NCBI GenBank assembly: GCA_963827235.1
Contig: CAWHAE010000008.1
Location: 224,001 to 288,000, forward strand
Direction of reading: 5' to 3'
From: an uncultured bacterium
GTDB taxonomy: Bacteria > Chloroflexota > UBA5177 > JANWHV01
Length of the DNA: 64,000 nucleotides
The notes beneath the pieces are model-generated. The model did no database searches, was not told where the DNA came from, and saw only the letters and a list, made by a program, of their open reading frames with translations. The translations under genes were made by a program, and so were the position numbers. Shown here piece by piece: positions 1 to 8,344 of the stretch. How positions within the stretch are numbered: the stretch's first letter is position 1; every line of letters starts with the position of its first letter.

Positions 1-245
1 GGGGTCGGAACCGGCGGACGATAGGCACCAAACTGGCCTTGATTTTCCTGTGCGGCTCGCAGCGCGGCCCGTACGTCGACCGACGGCAGCGTCCTGGCAA
101 CCGGCTCAGCCGCTTGGTGCGCGTCTACCTGGTGATGCTTTGCGCGCTTGGCCTCGGCCTCGCATGACGGGCAAACGGTCTTCTTTAGCGATGGCGTCTT
201 GAAAGGCTTTCCGCATACGGAGCAGCGCACTTTGACCTTGTTCAT
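1..245 (-). CDS. Zinc-ribbon (CxxC...CxxC) hypothetical protein, runs off the window edge
   Basis: Manual translation MNKVKVRCSVCGKPFKTPSLKKTVCPSCEAEAKRAKHH..., GGAG/GAGG upstream of the ATG at 245, open to base 1; not in the ORF track. Confidence 0.7.
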   Translation of the reverse strand, partial: MNKVKVRCSVCGKPFKTPSLKKTVCPSCEAEAKRAKHHQVDAHQAAEPVARTLPSVDVRAALRAAQENQGQFGAYRPPVPT

Positions 246-494
246 CACCCTCATCTCCGCCCATGTCGACCTGCCGCCGTGGAGCGGCGCCAGGCTAGGT
301 TCGTCCCCGCTCAACAGCTACACCGTGCCTGCAACGCAGCACCGGCGAGCGCGTGCACGTTCTCACTGTACCTATATAGCACATCGCACATCACGACTCC
401 GTCCTTCGCGGCGCGGTTTGCACACTGCGATGCCGGCGCGCGACTGCCTGGCAGCAGCTCCGCGTGTCTCTTGCCTGTCTCAAACCCTACCGAT

Positions 495-989
495 CTAGGT
501 GCTAAACTTGGCCCATAGCCTGGGGCAAAGCAGTGGGAGCTCGCTGTCATCCAGCAACGTAGCATCTCGCGGCGGCGATCGTCGATGACGCGTGGGCATC
601 TCGCGTCCCATGCGCCGTTCGTATGCGTATTGCGCCACATACAACATGCTCTCGCACTCGGCGGAGTCATCGAGATCTATGACATCTGCCAGTGAGTCGG
701 CGTCGGCCACCGCGGCTTCGTACACATCTTCGCCTTTGGCGATGAGCCATCCCGCAAAGTACTCAAAGCCGGCGTCCGAGGTGCCGTAGTTGATGATGTA
801 CGCGGCGGCCCAGAGTTTGGGCTGATAGGCTTGGGCTACCAGGTCGAATAGCTCACGGTCGAACGCCACGATCGTATTGACAGACTGTTCGACAAGCAGC
901 TCCGTAACGATGCCCGCGGTTCGATCGACCTGATCGCCGCTTTCGGCCCTGGCAAAGGCGATGACCCGCCACACCGTTTCTCGATCCAC
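495..989 (-). CDS. DUF4240-like protein
   Basis: VDRETVWRVIAFAR start; LWAAAYIINYGTSDAGFEYFAGWLIAKG matches the DUF4240 pattern; GTG start at 989. Confidence 0.75.
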   Translation of the reverse strand: MDRETVWRVIAFARAESGDQVDRTAGIVTELLVEQSVNTIVAFDRELFDLVAQAYQPKLWAAAYIINYGTSDAGFEYFAGWLIAKGEDVYEAAVADADSLADVIDLDDSAECESMLYVAQYAYERRMGREMPTRHRRSPPRDATLLDDSELPLLCPRLWAKFST

Positions 990-1226
990 TTCGCCCCCGT
1001 GCCTGGATGTCTCTTCCCGATCAGTAGCGCACACGGTGTATCGCGTCAAAGTGCGTCCAGGGTGCCTGAGTGCGCGGCGCCTCCGACGGGCGTACCAGGG
1101 ATCCCGTGTGGACGGGATTGCCTCGGCGGCGTCCGGCCCAGCGTCGTGCCACCTGCGCGAGCACGCAGGTCCGGGCACTGGGCAATCTGCGAGCGGCAGC
1201 TCCACCCGAGCGATCCGCGGCGGACG

Positions 1227-3020
1227 TCACCGCGCCGCTATCACGCGCATGAGCGTCGCCCCGGCTGCCACGCTCTCTCCCGCGTGCGCGACAATACCCG
1301 CGACGACTCCATCGTGCGGTGACAGCACCTCGTTCTCCATCTTCATCGCCTCGATCGTGCAGAGCACGGCCCCCCCACGCACCTGACTTCCCTCCGTCAC
1401 CCTCATCTCGACGAGCGTGCCGCGCATCGGGCACCGAACTATGCCATCCGACCGGGTCCAGTGGCGCAGGGCCTCGTGACTGCGAACTGAGGTCCTCGCA
1501 GGCTGAGACAGCTCGGCGACGGCGACAACATAGGGCTTCCCTTCAATTGAAACCTGGAATTGTCGTTCGTTGGCGGGCCTCGGCGCAGTCTGTGGCTTTC
1601 GGCCAGCCGGTTCCCTGGAAGATACCGACGGCTGGCGGCCGTTGGGGCGCTCACGCGTACCCTCTCCGTCGACCAGCTCGACGAGCTCGGCCGGAAGATG
1701 GCCGTCGACAAGACGCGGATGCCTCAGCAAGCGCAACAAGCTGGGCACCTCGGTCGATATACCTTCGACTTCGAGCTCACCTAGAGCCCGGATCATCCGG
1801 CGCCGCGACATGTCTGCATCAGGGGCCCAGGCAGTGATCTGGGCGATCAGGCCGTCCGGCAGAGATACCGGATCGCTTCCGGAGCACGCGGCGCCGTCGA
1901 CACGCAGGCCCGGCCCGGTTGGCAGGTGAACATCTGCAACTGTTTCGCCGGGCGATGCTCCGGGCTGTTCGATATCGCCGGCGTGTACACGGCACGAGAG
2001 CGCGTGGCCCATGGGCCTCACGTCGTCTGCACCCAGCCATAGTGGCGATCCTCCGGCTATCCGAAGCTGTGCCTGCGCGATGTCCACGCGGGTGACCGAC
2101 TCGGTGGCGGCCTGCGCTGCCTGAAGGCACCTGGCGGTCTCTAGATAGTAGTACTCTTCGCCGTTCACCAGGAACTCGAAGGTGGCTACGCCGTGGAACC
2201 CGCTCGCCACCACCATCGAGAGCGCGGCGGTATCAAGCCGCCGCCGGAGCGGTTCCGATATGTTCGCGGGAGCGATCTCGACGAGCCGCCGACGCAACGG
2301 CTGAACGGGGCATTCTCGAGAGCCCAAGCTCACGGCGGCACCGTGCATGTCGGCCAGAACGTCGACGTCGACGCGACGTCGTCCCGCGATGAACCGCTCC
2401 AGACAGATTGCATCGTCGGAATAAGACGCCATTCCCTCACGCCGCACCCGACTGATCGCCTGGTTCAAATCATCGGCCTGACGTACGACCTCCTGGCAGC
2501 GTCCGCTCGCTCCGCACAGGGCACGCACCACGATCGGAAAGCCAAGACGCAGTGCGACGATGACCGCATGCGCGTCGTCCCGGATGAGCTCCATCTCGTC
2601 AGGGAAGACAGGCACTCGACAGCTCTCGGCAAGGTTCCTTGCCCGGCTTCTGTCGCCGACCGCAGCCATGGCTTCGGGCGAAGGTCCAACAAAGACCAAT
2701 CCGCTTGCCGTGCAGGCGCGCGCGAAGGCCGGGTTCTCGGACAGCATCCCATAGCCGGGGTGCACGGTGTCGGCCCGCGCCTCCAGGGCGGCCTCCACTA
2801 TCCTCTCTATGTCCATGTACGCGCCGGTCGAGCGGCCGAGTGGGTGGGACTCGTCTGCCATTCGCACGTGCTGGGACAGAGCATCCGCTTCGCTGTAGAC
2901 GGCAACGCTCTCGAGGCCGAGCTCTCGACAGGCCTGGATAACTCGCACCGCGGACTCGCCCCGAGTGGCGACAAGCACCCGGCGCAGCGAGCCGCCGGGT
3001 TTTCGCTCAGAGCCCCTCAT
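1227..3020 (-). CDS. Biotin carboxylase + biotin carboxyl carrier fusion (acyl-CoA carboxylase alpha-like) with degenerate catalytic motifs
   Basis: ATRGESAVRV, HPGYGMLSEN, GPGLRVD and C-terminal EAMKM; ATG at 3020 overlaps the upstream stop (ATGA). Confidence 0.85.
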   Translation of the reverse strand: MRGSERKPGGSLRRVLVATRGESAVRVIQACRELGLESVAVYSEADALSQHVRMADESHPLGRSTGAYMDIERIVEAALEARADTVHPGYGMLSENPAFARACTASGLVFVGPSPEAMAAVGDRSRARNLAESCRVPVFPDEMELIRDDAHAVIVALRLGFPIVVRALCGASGRCQEVVRQADDLNQAISRVRREGMASYSDDAICLERFIAGRRRVDVDVLADMHGAAVSLGSRECPVQPLRRRLVEIAPANISEPLRRRLDTAALSMVVASGFHGVATFEFLVNGEEYYYLETARCLQAAQAATESVTRVDIAQAQLRIAGGSPLWLGADDVRPMGHALSCRVHAGDIEQPGASPGETVADVHLPTGPGLRVDGAACSGSDPVSLPDGLIAQITAWAPDADMSRRRMIRALGELEVEGISTEVPSLLRLLRHPRLVDGHLPAELVELVDGEGTRERPNGRQPSVSSREPAGRKPQTAPRPANERQFQVSIEGKPYVVAVAELSQPARTSVRSHEALRHWTRSDGIVRCPMRGTLVEMRVTEGSQVRGGAVLCTIEAMKMENEVLSPHDGVVAGIVAHAGESVAAGATLMRVIAAR

Positions 3021-3229
3021 CGCGGCAGCTCGGCCTCGTGCCAGCTCGTACGTCCCGCCGGCCACGGTCCTGAGCCACGCAGGTCGTGCAGTACTCCCGC
3101 CTCGGCCCACGTAGCGCAGCCCCGCCTCACTGCCGGCCTGCTCGACTCACTCGCCAGGTAGGCGTCCACGGCAGCCATGATAACCGCTATAGCGTCGTCG
3201 CCGGCGATTGCGCGCGGTAGCTCGAGGAG
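3017..3229 (-). CDS. Small protein resembling acyl-CoA carboxylase epsilon/accessory subunits (start uncertain)
   Basis: DDAIAVIMAAVDAYL helix then ATWAEAG; stop coupled (ATGA) to the carboxylase start; no clear canonical start except ATG at 3178. Confidence 0.45.
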   Translation of the reverse strand, partial: LLELPRAIAGDDAIAVIMAAVDAYLASESSRPAVRRGCATWAEAGVLHDLRGSGPWPAGRTSWHEAELPR

Positions 3230-3332
3230 CTCTTCCTCACCTCTGAGTGCCGGCTCCGTTCGGATCTCCGCCAGAAGTCCGCGACCGCGACCGATCAGTC
3301 GCCGGGAGTCGTGGTCCTCAGGGAGCGCCGGG

Positions 3333-4439
3333 TCATACGTTGAAGCGGAAGTAGACAACGTCGCCATCCTGCATCACATAGTCCTTGCCCTCGAGCCTGG
3401 TGACTCCTCGCTCCCGGGCCGCGGCGAACGAGCCGGCTGCTACCAGCTCGTCGTACGCGGTGACCTCGGCGCGAATGAATCCCCGCTCGATGTCGCTGTG
3501 AATTGTACCGGCTGCTTGGGGCGCCCGTGTACCCTTGCTGATCGTCCATGCCCGAACCTCCGGCTCGCCGGCAGTCAAGAACGTGATCAGGTCGAGTAGC
3601 GCATAGCTTGCTTTGATCATCCTGGGCAGGCCGCCCTCCGGCAGACCAAGCTCCGAGAGATAGAACGACGCCTCCTCCGCTCCGAGCTCTGCAAGCTCCG
3701 CCTCGATCTTTGCGCTGACCGCGACCGCTTCCGATCCTTCGGATCTGGCATGTGCTTCGACCGCCGCGAAGCTAGCTGGTTGCCTCTCGTGCAGCGTCGC
3801 CATATCGGATTCGTCGAGATTGGCGATATAGAGGACGGGCTTGGCGGTGAGGAGGTGCAGCTCTTGCACCACCGGCGCCACGTCGTCTGTAAGCCGGTAC
3901 GTGCGAGCCGGCAGGCCCCGATCGAGGTGGGCGGCCAGGTCTTCGAGGGCTTCCGCTTCGGCGAGCAGTCGCTTGTCCCCGGCCTTCGCCGCTTTCCGCG
4001 AACGATCCGCGCGCTTGGCGACGGACTGCAGGTCGGCCAGGCAGAGCTCGACGGTGATAGTCTCGATGTCACGGCGCGGATCGACCGTGCCTTCCACGTG
4101 CGAGACGTTACTGTCGGAGAAGCACCGCACTACCATGCCGATTGCGTTTACGTTGCGAATGTGCCCGAGAAACTGGTTGCCGAGCCCCTCGCCCTTGCTG
4201 GCTCCGCGAACGAGCCCGGCGATATCAAGGAACTCCATGGTGGCGGGCACAATCTTCTTGGGATGCACCATCTCCGCAAGCACGTGCAGCCGTTCATCGG
4301 GCACCTCAACCACGCCGACGTTGGGGTCGATAGTGCAGAACGGATAGTTGGCAACCGCGGCTCCAGCGGCGGTCAGCGCGTTGAAAAGCGTGGATTTGCC
4401 GACGTTCGGCAGGCCCACGATACCCATTTGCAGACTCAC
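3333..4439 (-). CDS. ychF: Redox-regulated ATPase YchF (Obg family)
   Basis: GIVGLPNVGKST, NYPFCTIDPN, DIAGLVRGASKGEGLGNQFL, C-terminal YFRFNV; GGAGG before GTG at 4439. Confidence 0.97.
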   Translation of the reverse strand: MSLQMGIVGLPNVGKSTLFNALTAAGAAVANYPFCTIDPNVGVVEVPDERLHVLAEMVHPKKIVPATMEFLDIAGLVRGASKGEGLGNQFLGHIRNVNAIGMVVRCFSDSNVSHVEGTVDPRRDIETITVELCLADLQSVAKRADRSRKAAKAGDKRLLAEAEALEDLAAHLDRGLPARTYRLTDDVAPVVQELHLLTAKPVLYIANLDESDMATLHERQPASFAAVEAHARSEGSEAVAVSAKIEAELAELGAEEASFYLSELGLPEGGLPRMIKASYALLDLITFLTAGEPEVRAWTISKGTRAPQAAGTIHSDIERGFIRAEVTAYDELVAAGSFAAARERGVTRLEGKDYVMQDGDVVYFRFNV

Positions 4440-4788
4440 GAAATCCTCCTCCGGGGAGTATACCAGGGCAGCAGAAGGGCCTTGCTCGCCCGCCAGTGAC
4501 TTCCCGGACCCGTGCTGAATGATCCACGGCTTCGGGCCTGCGACCTCGGTGGTCCCGGCAGCGCCGTCGTCTCGACCGTCTCCATGCATGCCAGGCTTGG
4601 TTTCCATCGTCAAGACGTGGTAGGTCGTTGCGCCACAACATCCGGGTGGGCCCGACGAAGGCGCGTTTGGGGCCGGAGTGCATGAGGCAATTGCCGGCGT
4701 TCAGGAGAGACGATACAGTTCCTGTCCGGCGCCGCCGGAACACGCTAAAATAGAACCGGTTTCTGTCATAGAGAGGAGAGCTCACAGG

Positions 4789-5799
4789 ATGCCCCTAGTT
4801 TCAATGCGACAAGTTCTCGACGAGGCTGCAAAAGGTGGGTACGGAGTCGGCGCGTTCAACGTGAACAATATGGAACAGATCCAGGCGATCATGGAGGCAG
4901 CGCTCGAGACCAAGTCTCCCGTGATCATCCAGGCCAGTAGAGGAGCGCGCTCGTATTCGCAGGACAAGTTCCTCTATCATCTCATGCTGGCCGCAGCCGA
5001 GTTATATCCCGATATTCCCCTCGTCATGCACCTCGACCACGGCAACAGTATCGAGACCTGCAAGTCCGCTGTTGACCTCGGCTTCACCAGCGTCATGATG
5101 GACGGTTCGCTCATGCCTGACGGCAAGACTCCGTCCAGCTTCGACTACAATGTCGAGACGACGCGAACAGTTGTGGAGCTGGCCCACGCCAAGGGTGTGA
5201 CCGTAGAAGGCGAAATCGGCGTGCTGGGCGGAATCGAAGACGGGCACGGCGCTGGCGGATCCGGCCTCGAGCACGTGACCGACCCCGACCAGGCAGTAGA
5301 GTTCGTGGCACGGACGGGCGTGGACGCGCTGGCGATTGCCATCGGCACCAGCCATGGTGCGTACAAGTTCAGCAGCAAACCCGACGGCTCTGTGCTCAAG
5401 ATGGATCGCTTGATTGAGATTCACAACCGGCTGCCCAAAGTACATCTCGTCATGCACGGCTCCTCGAGCGTACCTAAGGACCTGCAGGACGTAATCAACC
5501 AGTACGGCGGCAAGCTGCGGCCCACCTGGGGTGTGCCGGTCGAGGAGATCCAGCTTGGAATCCGCAACGGTGTGCGCAAGGTCAACGTGGACACGGACAA
5601 TCGCCTGGCCATTACGGGTGCCATCCGCAAGGTCTTCGCGGAGACTCCCGAGAAGTTCGACCCTCGCGACTATCTCAAGCCGGCACGAGAGGCGATGAAG
5701 AAGGTCGTGGCTCAGCGCATGACCCAGTTCGGCCAGGCGGGCCACGCCGGCGACTACGCGCCGATTTCACTGGCCGACATGATCAAGTCCTACGCCTGA
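4789..5799 (+). CDS. fba: Class II fructose-bisphosphate aldolase
   Basis: [35 protein letters not shown]; AGGAG upstream. Confidence 0.95.
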   Translation: MPLVSMRQVLDEAAKGGYGVGAFNVNNMEQIQAIMEAALETKSPVIIQASRGARSYSQDKFLYHLMLAAAELYPDIPLVMHLDHGNSIETCKSAVDLGFTSVMMDGSLMPDGKTPSSFDYNVETTRTVVELAHAKGVTVEGEIGVLGGIEDGHGAGGSGLEHVTDPDQAVEFVARTGVDALAIAIGTSHGAYKFSSKPDGSVLKMDRLIEIHNRLPKVHLVMHGSSSVPKDLQDVINQYGGKLRPTWGVPVEEIQLGIRNGVRKVNVDTDNRLAITGAIRKVFAETPEKFDPRDYLKPAREAMKKVVAQRMTQFGQAGHAGDYAPISLADMIKSYA

Positions 5800-5977
5800 C
5801 ACGCCCTCGCCATCGGGCGGTCGAGACTTGGGAGTTTGTAGTATGCTCGCGGGTTTCGGGAATGGTTCCCGCAACCCGCGACCTGTGTTGGTTGGCGCCC
5901 GAGTGGCGGCGAGCGTGGCGAGGACGACCGCCGGTTCAGCACGGCGCGGTTGGTAACCCGTGAGGCGCTGGCAAGCA

Positions 5978-6136
5978 ATGGAAGAGACTGATCACCAAGG
6001 CGATGTCGACGACGGCCTGTCGTGGATGGCGCTACTCGTGACGTTCGTCGTGCTCGCCGTAATCGTTGGGCTCGTGCTGTTCTTCAAGCTCAACCTGTTC
6101 GAAGGCGGCACGTCACCGCTGGCGCCGACTACCTGA
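5978..6136 (+). CDS. Small single-pass membrane protein (52 aa)
   Basis: Manual translation MEETDHQGDVDDGLSWMALLVTFVVLAVIVGLVLFFKLNLFEGGTSPLAPTT; clear hydrophobic helix; below the ORF-track cutoff. Confidence 0.6.
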   Translation: MEETDHQGDVDDGLSWMALLVTFVVLAVIVGLVLFFKLNLFEGGTSPLAPTT

Positions 6137-6193
6137 TAGAGAGTCACCCGCCGATATCGGCATCGCGCGCTGTAGCAGCGCCACGGGACAGCG

Positions 6194-7267
6194 TCAGGCC
6201 CTGCCCGGACGCGCTATCCTACCGATCTTGAGCAAGGTGCCCACGGCTGGAACCGCGTCGGGCGCACGCTCCACGACCTTCAGGAAGTTGGCGGTCATTT
6301 CAGCGTACGCTTCCGATTTGTAGGTCTCTATCTCGCCTGCATCGCAGATTCGGGCAATCTCCGGATCGATCGGCAGCCGTCCCAAGAGCGGTGCGCCGGT
6401 AAGTGCCACCAGGTGCTGTCCCTGGCTGGCCCCGAACAGCTCGTACCGTTCGCCGCTATGCGGCAGGACGATATAGCTCATATTCTCGACCGTGCCCAGA
6501 ACAGGCACGTCGAGCTTCTGCGCCATGCGCACTGCTTTGGCGACGACCATCGTAGCCAGACCCTGGGGAGTGCTCACCACGATCACGCCGTCAAGTGGCA
6601 GGGCTTGCATGGTCGTCATCGGAGCGTCGGAGGTGCCGGGAGGTAGGTCGACAAGCATAAAATCGAGGTCGCCCCAGTCCACGTCACTGTAGAACTGCTT
6701 GATGGCGCCTGCAACCATCGGGCCCCGCCAGATGACAGGCTGTTCTTCGGATTCGAGGAGCAGATTCATAGACATCACGGCGATGCCCGTCGACGTCTTG
6801 GGCGCCTCGATGGTGCCTTCAATCATGGCCTTTACGGGCAGGCCGAACATCTTCGGGATACTCGGCCCGGTAATGTCACCGTCCAGGATGCCGACGCGAT
6901 AGCCTGAGCGCCTGAGGGTAACGGCCAGCAGACCGGTTACTAGCGACTTGCCCACTCCCCCCTTACCGCTCATGACGGCAATCACGTGCTTGATATTCTC
7001 TCGCCGGTCCGGCATAGAGGACTGGCGGTTGACGACGTTGATCTTCTTGGGCGGTGGCACAGCGCCAGTGGCAGCGAAGCGGTTGAGGTCCGCCAGCAGC
7101 GCCTCCATTTCAAGCGAGTGCGTTCGAGCGCCGCCCGCGATGGTCTCGTAGGTGGACACGTGGCATCCGGTGCAGGGCAATCCGTGGGCCCTGAACACCT
7201 GGTCGATGCCGGGAAACGCGTCGACTACCTGGCGGATGATCTGATCTTGGGTAATCTCGGTGGACAT
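6194..7267 (-). CDS. mrp: Mrp/NBP35 (ApbC) P-loop ATPase with N-terminal DUF1858-like CxxC domain
   Basis: SGKGGVGKS, DGDITGPSIP, VIWRGPM, DLPPGTSD, ENMS; N-terminal HGLPCTGCH. Confidence 0.92.
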   Translation of the reverse strand: MSTEITQDQIIRQVVDAFPGIDQVFRAHGLPCTGCHVSTYETIAGGARTHSLEMEALLADLNRFAATGAVPPPKKINVVNRQSSMPDRRENIKHVIAVMSGKGGVGKSLVTGLLAVTLRRSGYRVGILDGDITGPSIPKMFGLPVKAMIEGTIEAPKTSTGIAVMSMNLLLESEEQPVIWRGPMVAGAIKQFYSDVDWGDLDFMLVDLPPGTSDAPMTTMQALPLDGVIVVSTPQGLATMVVAKAVRMAQKLDVPVLGTVENMSYIVLPHSGERYELFGASQGQHLVALTGAPLLGRLPIDPEIARICDAGEIETYKSEAYAEMTANFLKVVERAPDAVPAVGTLLKIGRIARPGRA

Positions 7268-7429
7268 GTCTTGCCGATCCCGCTAGTGCATACATGCGCG
7301 CGACGTCACAGTCGAAGGGCAGAGCAGCCAGTCTGTCACGCTTCCATTCTACCTGCGGCGGCACTGCCCGGTCATACCACGTCGCCGAACGCCGCGGAGG
7401 GACCCACGCCGCTTCAGCGCCGGCGAGCG

Positions 7430-8140
7430 CTAGAGCAGACGGTGTGGAGGTGGTGGAAGCACATTTTCCGGCCAGTGTTGCGCTCGCGTCGTAGTCGCCT
7501 TGTGCTCCCACCGCACGTAGACGTACGTAGCAGCGACAACTACCAGAAGAATGATCACGCCGATGTAGATGTTGTGCCGGAAGAACCTCATGGCATCCCA
7601 CCAGTGCTCGCCGAGCACTTGCCCGGCGACCAATAGGCCAAACGACCACACGAAGGCAGCGCCGGTCAAGACGAAGATGTAGAGACGGTACGGCACGCCG
7701 AAGATGCCGGCGAGCGCAGGCACGTACGCGCGAAGAATCGGCACCAGCGGTCCGTACATCAATATCGGCGTGCCGCGCCTGCCAATCCAGGCCTCGATGC
7801 GATCGATTCGCTCCGGTCGGAGCATGACGTACTTTCCATAACGATCGAGCGCGACGCGCCCATAGCGGCGGCTGACGTAGTAGAGCAGTGAGTTGCCCAT
7901 CAAGGTGGCCGCCATGGCGAAGAGGCCCATGAGCACCAGCGCGATCTTGCCCTGCGAGGCCAGGAAGCCGGCGCTGAGAAGTACAACCTCACTGGGCAAG
8001 ACAGGAAGCGGTACGCCCACCTCCTGAATCGCGATCAGGAAGAACACCAAGCAGTAGATCCAGAATCCGTCCGCGCCGCGAAGAACATCGATCGTGTGGC
8101 CGTCGGCGTCGCCGAGAAGACTCAGTAGCCACACGTTCAA
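7430..8140 (-). CDS. DedA family membrane protein
   Basis: EVGVPLPVLPSE, GNSLLYYVSRRYG, VPILRAYVPALAG. Confidence 0.88.
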   Translation of the reverse strand: MNVWLLSLLGDADGHTIDVLRGADGFWIYCLVFFLIAIQEVGVPLPVLPSEVVLLSAGFLASQGKIALVLMGLFAMAATLMGNSLLYYVSRRYGRVALDRYGKYVMLRPERIDRIEAWIGRRGTPILMYGPLVPILRAYVPALAGIFGVPYRLYIFVLTGAAFVWSFGLLVAGQVLGEHWWDAMRFFRHNIYIGVIILLVVVAATYVYVRWEHKATTTRAQHWPENVLPPPPHRLL

Positions 8141-8344
8141 GGAACCATCTCTCCGTCCATTACTGCCTGTCGGGGCGCAACCCCTAGGATAGCAGAGGTA
8201 TCTCCACCAATATAGGGTACTTGCAGGTGATTCAAAACGCGCACGAGCCTGTTTCTGCTCTTTGGCGACTCGCCGGAGCCATTTGACGCCACCGCCAGTT
8301 CATTGGCACACTCCCACGGGACGGTGCCAACGGGAGGGACCTAG

